DNA of 64,000 bases from Auanema rhodensis (taxonomy: Eukaryota > Animalia > Nematoda). The stretch lies in assembly GCA_964057225.1 (NCBI GenBank), contig OZ059896.1:9424001-9488000 (forward strand), in the 5' to 3' direction. The notes beneath the pieces were generated by a model. That model was not told the DNA's origin. It made no database searches and saw only the letters and a list, made by a program, of their open reading frames with translations. Position 1 is the first letter of the stretch. Every line of letters starts with the position of its first letter. Of the stretch, positions 41,031-51,900 are shown one piece after another. A program made the translations under genes and the position numbers.

Positions 41031-44000
41031 CGTCTGCTTTACACGCAGAAGGTCGTCGGTTCGAACCCGGCCAAGACCTGTTCTTTTGAAGGATTTTAGT
41101 CCAAAATCATTAGAGTACCGTGTCACTGTATGTTTTATCGATAAACTACACTTTTCCTATTGAGCACTAGTTTGTTGGAGCCCAATTGATCTGGCGCCAT
41201 GTATGCTAGCACATCATAAGGTCTTGTGGTGTAGTGGTTATCACGTCTGCTTTACACGCAGAAGGTCGTCGGTTCGAACCCGGCCAAGACCTGTTCTTTT
41301 GAAGGATTTTAGTCCAAAATCATTAGAGTACCGTGTCACTGTATGTTTTATCGATAAACTACATTTTTCCTATTGACCACTAGTTTGTTGGAGCCCAATT
41401 GATCTGGCGCCATGTATGCTAGCACATCATAAGGTCTTGTGGTGTAGTGGTTATCACGTCTGCTTCACACGCAGAAGGTCGCCGGTTCGAACCCGGCCAA
41501 GACCTGTTCTTTTGAAGGATTTTAATCCAAAATCATTAGAGTACCGTGTCACTGTATGTTTTATCGATAAACTACACTTTTCCTATTGACCACTAGATTG
41601 TTGGATCCCAATTGATCTGGCGCCATGTATGCTAGCACGTCATAAGGTCTTGTGGTGTAGTGGTTATCACGTCTGCTTTACACGCAGAAGGTCGTCGGTT
41701 CGAACCCGGCCAAGACCTGTTCTTTTGAAGGATTTTAGTCCAAAATCATTAGAGTACCGTGTCACTGTATGTTTTATCGATAAACTACACTTTTCCTATT
41801 GAGCACTAGTTTGTTGGAGCCCAATTGATCTGGCGCCATGTATGCTAGCACATCATAAGGTCTTGTGGTGTAGTGGTTATCACGTCTGCTTTACACGCAG
41901 AAGGTCGTCGGTTCGAACCCGGCCAAGACCTGTTCTTTTGAAGGATTTTAGTCCAAAATCATTAGAGTACCGTGTCACTGTATGTTTTATCGATAAACTA
42001 CATTTTTCCTATTGACCACTAGTTTGTTGGAGCCCAATTGATCTGGCGCCATGTATGCTAGCACATCATAAGGTCTTGTGGTGTAGTGGTTATCACGTCT
42101 GCTTCACACGCAGAAGGTCGCCGGTTCGAACCCGGCCAAGACCTGTTCTTTTGAAGGATTTTAATCCAAAATCATTAGAGTACCGTGTCACTGTATGTTT
42201 TATCGATAAACTACACTTTTCCTATTGACCACTAGATTGTTGGATCCCAATTGATCTGGCGCCATGTATGCTAGCACATCACAAGGTCTTGTGGTGTAGT
42301 GGTTATCACGTCTGCTTTACACGCAGAAGGTCGTCGGTTCGAACCCGGCCAAGACCTGTTCTTTTGAAGGATTTTAGTCCAAAATCATTAGAGTACCGTG
42401 TCACTGTATGTTTTATCGATAAACTACACTTTTCCTATTCAGCACTAGTTTGTTGGAGCCCAATTGATCTGGCGCCATGTATGCTAGCACATCATAAGGT
42501 CTTGTGGTGTAGTGGTTATCACGTCTGCTTTACACGCAGAAGGTCGTCGGTTCGAACCCGGCCAAGACCTGTTCTTTTGAAGGATTTTAGTCCAAAATCA
42601 TTAGAGTACCGTGTCACTGTATGTTTTATCGATAAACTACACTTTTCCTATTGACCACTAGATTGTTGGAGCCCAATTGATCTGGCGCCATGTATGCTAG
42701 CACATCATAAGGTCTTGTGGTGTAGTGGTTATCACGTCTGCTTTACACGCAGAAGGTCGTCGGTTCGAACCCGGCCAAGACCTGTTCTTTTGAAGGATTT
42801 TAGTCCAAAATCATTAGAGTACCGTGTCACTGTATGTTTTATCGATAAACTACATTTTTCCTATTGACCACTAGTTTGTTGGAGCCCAATTGATCTGGCG
42901 CCATGTATGCTAGCACATCGTAAGGTCTTGTGGTGTAGTGGTTATCACGTCTGCTTCACACGCAGAAGGTCGCCGGTTCGAACCCGGCCAAGACCTGTTC
43001 TTTTGAAGGATTTTAATCCAAAATCATTAGAGTACCGTGTCACTGTATGTTTTATCGATAAACTACACTTTTCCTATTGACCACTAGATTGTTGGAGCCC
43101 AATTGATCTGGCGCCATGTATGCTAGCACATCATAAGGTCTTGTGGTGTAATGGTTATCACGTCTGCTTCACACGCAGAAGGTCGCCGGTTCGAACCCGG
43201 CCAAGACCTGTTCTTTTGAAGGATTTTAATCCAAAATCATTAGAGTACCGTGTCACTGTATGTTTTATCGATAAACTACACTTTTCCTATTGACCACTAG
43301 TTTGTTGGATCCCAATTGATCTGGCGCCATGTATGCTAGCACATCATAAGGTCTTGTGGTGTAGTGGTTATCACGTTTGCTTTACACGCAGAAGGTCGTC
43401 GGTTCGAACCCGGCCAAGACCTGTTCTTTTGAAGGATTTTAGTCCAAAATCATTAGAGTACCGTGTCACTGTATGTTTTATCGATAAACTACACTTTTCC
43501 TATTGAGCACTAGTTTGTTGGAGCCCAATTGATCTGGCGCCATGTATGCTAGCACATCATAAGGTCTTGTGGTGTAGTGGTTATCACGTCTGCTTTACAC
43601 GCAGAAGGTCGTCGGTTCGAACCCGGCCAAGACCTGTTCTTTTGAAGGATTTTAGTCCAAAATCATTAGAGTACCGTGTCACTGTATGTTTTATCGATAA
43701 ACTACACTTTTTCTATTGACCACTAGTTTGTTGGATCCCAATTGATCTGGCGCCATGTTTGCCAGTTTATCATAAGGTCTTGTGGTGTAGTGGTTATCAC
43801 GTCTGCTTCACACGCAGAAGGTCGCCGGTTCGAACCCGGCCAAGATCTGTTCTTTTGAAGGATTTTAATCCAAAATCATTACAGTACCGTGTCACTGTAT
43901 GTTTTATCGATAAACTACACTTTTCCTATTGACCACTAGATTGTTGGAGCCCAATTGATCTGGCGCCATGTATGCTAGCACATCATAAGGTCTTGTGGTG

Positions 44001-47000
44001 TAGTGGTTATCACGTCTGCTTTACACGCAGAAGGTCGTCGGTTCGAACCCGGCCAAGACCTGTTCTTTTGAAGGATTTTAGTCCAAAATCATTAGAGTAC
44101 CGTGTCACTGTATGTTTTATCGATAAACTACATTTTTCCTATTGACCACTAGTTTGTTGGAGCCCAATTGATCTGGCGCCATGTATGCTAGCACATCATA
44201 AGGTCTTGTGGTGTAGTGGTTATCACGTCTGCTTCACACGCAGAAGGTCGCCGGTTCGAACCCGGCCAAGACCTGTTCTTTTGAAGGATTTTAATCCAAA
44301 ATCATTAGAGTACCGTGTCACTGTATGTTTTATCGATAAACTACACTTTTCCTATTGACCACTAGATTGTTGGATCCCAATTGATCTGGCGCCATGTATG
44401 CTAGCACATCATAAGGTCTTGTGGTGTAGTGGTTATCACGTCTGCTTTACACGCAGAAGGTCGTCGGTTCGAACCCGGCCAAGACCTGTTCTTTTGAAGG
44501 ATTTTAGTCCAAAATCATTAGAGTACCGTGTCACTGTATGTTTTATCGATAAACTACACTTTTCCTATTGAGCACTAGTTTGTTGGAGCCCAATTGATCT
44601 GGCGCCATGTATGCTAGCACATCATAAGGTCTTGTGGTGTAGTGGTTATCACGTCTGCTTTACACGCAGAAGGTCGTCGGTTCGAACCCGGCCAAGACCT
44701 GTTCTTTTGAAGGATTTTAATCCAAAATCATTAGAGTACCGTGTCACTGTATGTTTTATCGATAAACTACACTTTTCCTATTGACCACTAGATTGTTGGA
44801 TCCCAATTGATCTGGCGCCATGTATGCTAGCACATCATAAGGTCTTGTGGTGTAGTGGTTATCACGTCTGCTTTACACGCAGAAGGTCGTCGGTTCGAAC
44901 CCGGCCAAGACCTGTTCTTTTGAAGGATTTTAATCCAAAATCATTAGAGTACCGTGTCACTGTATGTTTTATCGATAAACTACACTTTTCCTATTGACCA
45001 CTAGATTGTTGGATCCCAATTGATCTGGCGCCATGTATGCTAGCACATCACAAGGTCTTGTGGTGTAGTGGTTATCACGTCTGCTTTACACGCAGAAGGT
45101 CGTCGGTTCGAACCCGGCCAAGACCTGTTCTTTTGAAGGATTTTAGTCCAAAATCATTAGAGTACCGTGTCACTGTATGTTTTATCGATAAACTACACTT
45201 TTCCTATTGAGCACTAGTTTGTTGGAGCCCAATTGATCTGGCGCCATGTATGCTAGCACATCATAAGGTCTTGTGGTGTAGTGGTTATCACGTCTGCTTT
45301 ACACGCAGAAGGTCGTCGATTCGAACCCGGCCAAGACCTGTTCTTTTGAAGGATTTTAGTCCAAAATCATTAGAGTACCGTGTCACTGTATGTTTTATCG
45401 ATAAACTACACTTTTCCTATTGACCACTAGATTGTTGGAGCCCAATTGATCTGGCGCCATGTATGCTAGCACATCATAAGGTCTTGTGGTGTAGTGGTTA
45501 TCACGTCTGCTTTACACGCAGAAGGTCGTCGGTTCGAACCCGGCCAAGACCTGTTCTTTTGAAGGATTTTAGTCCAAAATCATTAGAGTACCGTGTCACT
45601 GTATGTTTTATCGATAAACTACATTTTTCCTATTGACCACTAGTTTGTTGGAGCCCAATTGATCTGGCGCCATGTATGCTAGCACATCATAAGGTCTTGT
45701 GGTGTAGTGGTTATCACGTCTGCTTCACACGCAGAAGGTCGCCGGTTCGAACCCGGCCAAGACCTGTTCTTTTGAAGGATTTTAATCCAAAATCATTACA
45801 GTACCGTGTCACTGTATGTTTTATCGATAAACTACACTTTTCCTATTGACCACTAGATTGTTGGAGCCCAATTGATCTGGCGCCATGTATGCTAGCACAT
45901 CATAAGGTCTTGTGGTGTAGTGGTTATCACGTCTGCTTTACACGCAGAAGGTCGTCGGTTCGAACCCGGCCAAGACCTGTTCTTTTGAAGGATTTTAGTC
46001 CAAAATCATTAGAGTACCGTGTCACTGTATGTATTATCGATAAACTACACTTTTCCTATTGAGCACTAGTTTGTTGGAGCCCAATTGATCTGGCGCCATG
46101 TATGCTAGCACATCATAAGGTCTTGTGGTGTAGTGGTTATCACGTCTGCTTTACACGCAGAAGGTCGTCGGTTCGAACCCGGCCAAGACCTGTTCTTTTG
46201 AAGGATTTTAGTCCAAAATCATTAGAGTACCGTGTCACTGTATGTTTTATCGATAAACTACACTTTTTCTATTGACCACTAGTTTGTTGGATCCCAATTG
46301 ATCTAGCGCCATGTTTGCCAGTTTATCATAAGGTCTTGTGGTGTAGTGGTTATCACGTCTGCTTCACACGCAGAAGGTCGCCGGTTCGAACCCGGCCAAG
46401 ACCTGTTCTTTTGAAGGATTTTAGTCCAAAATCATTAGAGTACCGTGTCACTGTATGTTTTATCGATAAACTACATTTTTCCTATTGACCACTAGTTTGT
46501 TGGAGCCCAATTGATCTGGCGCCATGTATGCTAGCACATCATAAGGTCTTGTGGTGTAGTGGTTATCACGTCTGCTTCACACGCAGAAGGTCGCCGGTTC
46601 GAACCCGGCCAAGACCTGTTCTTTTGAAGGATTTTAATCCAAAATCATTAGAGTACCGTGTCACTGTATGTTTTATCGATAAACTACACTTTTCCTATTG
46701 ACCACTAGTTTGTTGGATCCCAATTGATCTGGCGCCATGTATGCTAGCACATCATAAGGTCTTGTGGTGTAGTGGTTATCACGTCTGCTTTACACGCAGA
46801 AGGTCGTCGGTTCGAACCCGGCCAAGACCTGTTCTTTTGAAGGATTTTAGTCCAAAATCATTAGAGTACCGTGTCACTGTATGTTTTATCGATAAACTAC
46901 ACTTTTCCTATTGAGCACTAGTTTGTTGGAGCCCAATTGATCTGGCGCCATGTATGCTAGCACATCATAAGGTCTTGTGGTGTAGTGGTTATCACGTCTG

Positions 47001-48674
47001 CTTTACACGCAGAAGGTCGTCGGTTCGAACCCGGCCAAGACCTGTTCTTTTGAAGGATTTTAGTCCAAAATCATTAGAGTACCGTGTCACTGTATGTTTT
47101 ATCGATAAACTACACTTTTTCTATTGACCACTAGTTTGTTGGATCCCAATTGATCTGGCGCCATGTTTGCCAGTTTATCATAAGGTCTTGTGGTGTAGTG
47201 GTTATCACGTCTGCTTCACACGCAGAAGGTCGCCGGTTCGAACCCGGCCAAGACCTGTTCTTTTGAAGGATTTTAATCCAAAATCATTAGAGTACCGTGT
47301 CACTGTATGTTTTATCGATAAACTACACTTTTCCTATTGACCACTAGATTGTTGGAGCCCAATTGATCTGGCGCCATGTATGCTAGCACATCATAAGGTC
47401 TTGTGGTGTAGTGGTTATCACGTCTGCTTTACACGCAGAAGGTCGTCGGTTCGAACCCGGCCAAGACCTGTTCTTTTGAAGGATTTTAGTCCAAAATCAT
47501 TAGAGTACCGTGTCACTGTATGTTTTATCGATAAACTACATTTTTCCTATTGACCACTAGTTTGTTGGAGCCCAATTGATCTGGCGCCATGTATGCTAGC
47601 ACATCATAAGGTCTTGTGGTGTAGTGGTTATCACGTCTGCTTCACACGCAGAAGGTCGCCGGTTCGAACCCGGCCAAGACCTGTTCTTTTGAAGGATTTT
47701 AATCCAAAATCATTAGAGTACCGTGTCACTGTATGTTTTATCGATAAACTACACTTTTCCTATTGACCACTAGATTGTTGGAGCCCAATTGATCTGGCGC
47801 CATGTATGCTAGCACATCATAAGGTCTTGTGGTGTAGTGGTTATCACGTCTGCTTTACACGCAGAAGGTCGTCGGTTCGAACCCGGCCAAGACCTGTTCT
47901 TTTGAAGGATTTTAGTCCAAAATCATTAGAGTACCGTGTCACTGTATGTTTTATCGATAAACTACACTTTTCCTATTGACCACTAGATTGTTGGAGCCCA
48001 ATTGATCTGGCGCCATGTATGCCAGTTTATCATAAGGTCTTGTGGTGTAGTGGTTATCACGTCTGCTTCACACGCAGAAGGTCGCCGGTTCGAACCCGGC
48101 CAAGACCTGTTCTTTTGAAGGATTTTAGTCCAAAATCATTAGAGTACCGTGTCACTGTATGTTTTATCGATAAACTACATTTTTCCTATTGACCACTAGT
48201 TTGTTGGAGCCCAATTGATCTGGCGCCATGTATGCTAGCACATCATAAGGTCTTGTGGTGTAGTGGTTATCACGTCTGCTTTACACGCAGAAGGTCGTCG
48301 GTTCGAACCCGGCCAAGACCTGTTCTTTTGAAGGATTTTAGTCCAAAATCATTAGAGTACCGTGTCACTGTATGTTTTATCGATAAACTACACTTTTCCT
48401 ATTGAGCACTAGTTTGTTGGAGCCCAATTGATCTGGCGCCATGTATGCTAGCACATCATAAGGTCTTGTGGTGTAGTGGTTATCACGTCTGCTTTACACG
48501 CAGAAGGTCGTCGGTTCGAACCCGGCCAAGACCTGTTCTTTTGAAGGATTTTAATCCAAAATCATTAGAGTACCGTGTCACTGTATGTTTTATCGATAAA
48601 CTACACTTTTTCTATTGACCACTAGTTTGTTGGATCCCAATTGATCTGGCGCCATGTTTGCCAGTTTATCATAA

Positions 48675-48747
48675 GGTCTTGTGGTGTAGTGGTTATCACG
48701 TCTGCTTCACACGCAGAAGGTCGCCGGTTCGAACCCGGCCAAGACCT
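48675..48747 (+). tRNA. tRNA-Val(CAC), terminal intact copy of the array
   Basis: Full cloverleaf, anticodon CAC, followed by a diverged spacer. Confidence 0.95.
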
Positions 48748-48748
48748 G

Positions 48749-48755
48749 TTTTTTT
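48749..48755 (+). terminator. T7 Pol III terminator of the last tRNA copy
   Basis: GTTTTTTTAAAG replaces the internal GTTCTTTTGAAG. Confidence 0.75.
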
Positions 48756-48902
48756 AAAGAATTTTCATTTAAAAACCAGGGGGTACAATAGTACAGTAAG
48801 TTTTTGTTCAAACCCGGATAAGACCTGTCTTTTTAAAATAATTCAATCCAAAAAATCGTGAAAGATACTATAGCAATAGATTTTGATAACCTACTCCGTT
48901 TT
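48756..48902 (+). pseudogene. Degenerate array-edge relic: diverged spacer, then a 3'-half tRNA fragment (48806-48826) and a second diverged spacer
   Basis: GTTCAAACCCGGATAAGACCTGTCTTTTTAAAATAATTCAATCCAAAAAATC..GATAACCTAC aligns by eye to GTTCGAACCCGGCCAAGACCTGTTCTTTTGAAGGATTTTAATCCAAAATC..GATAAACTAC. Confidence 0.85.
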
Positions 48903-48958
48903 AGTATTCTAGTTATTATTTTGTTATTTATTGTTTCGGGAGGAAAAAGTAGTCGTAC

Positions 48959-51900
48959 CTGTAACATTCATCTGTTGTATTGGTATTCCATTTTCCACAT
49001 GAGTATCCCATACTAAATTTCTTTATTTTGTATTTTCAAATATACTATATTCTTACTTTCGTCGCCACAAGTGTCAATTTCGGGAGCGTATACTTCTCCG
49101 TAAAGCATAAAATAGGGTTTGTAAAAAATATTTCTAAGAAGAATCCAGTGCCAGTCCTCATATGGAAATGTAATAGATTGTCGTATAACTCCAAAAGCCA
49201 GCAATGCAACAGAAAGCATACATAGTATAGGTAACATCCTGGGAATCTGTAGTTTTTTGAAAGTATGAATTCTATCTGTGGGAACTTTTACCATTTCTGA
49301 TGCCATCGTTACGTAAGGTCCTAATTGTCGATGAACACTGAGATAATCTACCAATTTTAAGCACCAGAGTACCCAATTCGATGCTAACATGACACGTCCT
49401 ATTGCTCTAAATCCCGTTCTTAAACATTAGCTGTGAATATATCTTACCTTGTTCCAGGATTCAATCGAATTATGAAACCTATGACATAAATGCTTAAAGC
49501 CACAGCCAAAATTCCATTACGGTAGTTAAAAAAAAATATGCTAAGTTTACGAAATATAGGCTTCTTAGTATCAACCATAACAATGAGTAACATCTAAATG
49601 TTCTTTGAATGAAAGCTATACTAACCCATTTTTAAACAGTTTATACCTTACGAAAGACTTCAATACTCCATACAACTGCGTATAAAAACAAATACCATTC
49701 GACCCAAGAAGGCATTCTATATAATTATGAATTTATATATTATATAATAGTATATCTTTACCTAGGGGTTTCTACTAGAAGAACATATGTGAGACCAATA
49801 AGAAATATAAAATAACTAACAGACCAGAGCCAAAACGTAGTAATCGGGGCTGTATAAAATTCGCGCAGTTTTCTTCTCCAGTTTAACGAGTTCTAAATTC
49901 CTTTTCCTTGTCATATTTTAATATGCATAAATACCTGTTTTGTTTGTCGTTCCTCTTCTTTGTCTTTTTTACTTTCTACAACATATGCGCCACCATCATT
50001 ACTGTTAGCAAAAACAACCACATGCTTCTGTGTTGAACGTCTCTTAACTTTATCTGAAAAATAGTCTACTTTTGTTTTTCTCTAAATATTTGTCTTACTC
50101 TGGTTGCAATCATCAGCTACATCAGTCATAGTTTCGAGATCTTTACGCATTAATCGCTTGCGAACTTTGGAAGTTGAAATTGTTCGAGATCGCCCAGGCT
50201 TGGCTATAATTTCACTTTTATACTAACTATTTTTAACAGTCTACTAACTTGAAACATCACCATTTACAGTTGGAGGTGAGTTAGATGATGCTGGGGCTAC
50301 TGTATCTCTACGAAAGAGCACTTTGTCCATCATTAACTTTTAAAAAAATTGTAGATAATCAAAGTCAATACATGTGCACATACCTGATGAAAACTCAGAG
50401 GTTGCTCAGAACCACTACGAGTTCTCGTGTTAGCACTGGCTTCATCCTGAAACAAACATATTATACAAAAGGCTATATCATAAACTCAACACCTCATCAG
50501 TGTCAGTGCTAGCAATATCAGAAAAATCATCAGAGCTATCTGTCATACTTCCATCGCTTTCCCAGTTTTCTTCATGATGTTCCGCCGCTGTATGTGGTTG
50601 TAACTTCAATTCTTCTTTCGATTTAAATTCCAACAGGAATATAGCAGGAGGTACCAAAAGACAAGACAAAACCTAAAACAACGTATTTGTAAAACAACGT
50701 TTACATTTGACATATTTTATACTTTTATATTTGAGCTATTTCTTATATGAAGAGCACCATGCCATAAATCGGAAAGTAGTAATTGACAGCTATAAATGGA
50801 AAATTTCATTTTAAAGCTTTCTGAATGGAGTAGATTTTACCATGGATGTGCTAGAAATTTCCTATTTTGATCCAATGCCGCCAATGATAAACATGTTTCA
50901 TTTCCCCAATTTGTTAATTCATAAGTTAATAATTGTAGAGTGGAATCAACATTTTGAGAAGAACAATATTGTAAAACTTCAATAGATAAATGACGAAATT
51001 CTCTGAAAGGATTAATCATGCATGTTTTAATATTTGAATATGCTTACTCGCTGTTTTTGCTTAGCTCCTCACATATTTCTAGTTCTAAATAATTAGTAGA
51101 AGCATCTGAGGCTAAAGAAGAGTACAGGCGACATGCAATAAGAGCCTATAATGAACAACAATGTGAGCAATTTTCAGAAAAGTGTAACTAGCCTTGGCCA
51201 TAGCTTCTTCTCCATGTCTCCACATAAGCATAGCCATATCTTGCCGTTTCGTCAGAACAGACCAGATAAGAAGTTCGGAATATGGATATTTAAAAGTAAA
51301 ATCTAATGATTCATCCTCAGTCAAGGAGCGATCGTCTGAAATCGGCGAATTTTTGAGTGATGGTTGAAGGGGTGTGGAACAAGGACAATCCAAACCTAAA
51401 CACAAGAAGCTATACAAGACGAAGACCAACAAAGTAACATATATAGTAACAAACAATTAAAGTCTATAGTGATTTAAAACATGATACATAGTATCAACAT
51501 ATATTCTACCGTCTTGGTCTAAATTTCTTTCCCGACTACCACCCTGGAAAATCGAAATAATAGAATGGCGAGCTGTTTTCAATAAATCCAATCGTAATGT
51601 TTCTTCCTTCAAATTTTCCGATCGTTGTCTAACTTTGGAATTTTCTGATTTGTGCTGATAGTTCAGCTAAATTATTAAAATATAAAATATAAAATTGAAT
51701 AATATAAACCTGTTTGCGATTACTAAACACAAAATATTTAGCTTTAAAATCTTCTTTGGTATAATTAGATTTATATGCATTTCCCATTAGATTCTCCATG
51801 ACATGTCCAACCTAAAAATTATAGTACACTGTAGAATTATAAAACTAGAATACTTCTGTGAGCTTCAGCTGATGCTTCTTGGAACCTGCTCCTAACAAGC

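Larger units (their letters stand above)
1..48747 (+). repeat. Tandem array of a 213-bp unit (73-nt tRNA-Val gene + 140-bp spacer), 229 complete tRNA copies, open at the left edge of the window
   Basis: tRNA 5' ends GGTCTTGTGG at 111, 324, 537 ... 48675. (48675-111)/213 = 228 exactly, so there is no net indel. Units differ only by substitutions. Confidence 0.98.
111..48747 (+). tRNA. Cluster of 229 tRNA-Val genes, about 151 Val(TAC) and about 78 Val(CAC) by eye count; copy k occupies 111+213k to 183+213k
   Basis: Each unit folds as a cloverleaf: acceptor GGTCTTG/CAAGACC, D-arm GTG..CAC with the TAGTGG A-box, anticodon stem TCTGC/GCAGA with loop TT(T/C)ACAC, T-arm G(T/C)CGG-TTCGAAC-CCGGC (B-box). 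No encoded CCA; a T-tract follows. Confidence 0.96.

Noticed and set aside
42268-42654. 128-aa ORF inside the array
   Set aside because: The unit is 71 codons long with one stop in this frame; a single TGA>TCA change at 42440 fuses two units. It is translated tRNA and spacer with no coding evidence.
1-48747. CRISPR array
   Set aside because: Spacers are near-identical rather than unique, the repeat is a tRNA gene, and the context is eukaryotic with no cas genes.
48760-48800. Possible missing CxPG/S6 exon (minus strand TGTACCCCCTGG)
   Set aside because: No frame gives CxPG followed by a hydrophobic S6; the frames either stop quickly or run into antisense tRNA, and the segment aligns to a degenerate spacer.
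48658-48861. 67-aa ORF at the array end
   Set aside because: Same repeat frame running into the degenerate edge.
48980-50512. Plus-strand ORFs 48980-49225 and 50285-50512
   Set aside because: Antisense shadows of TRPM exons.
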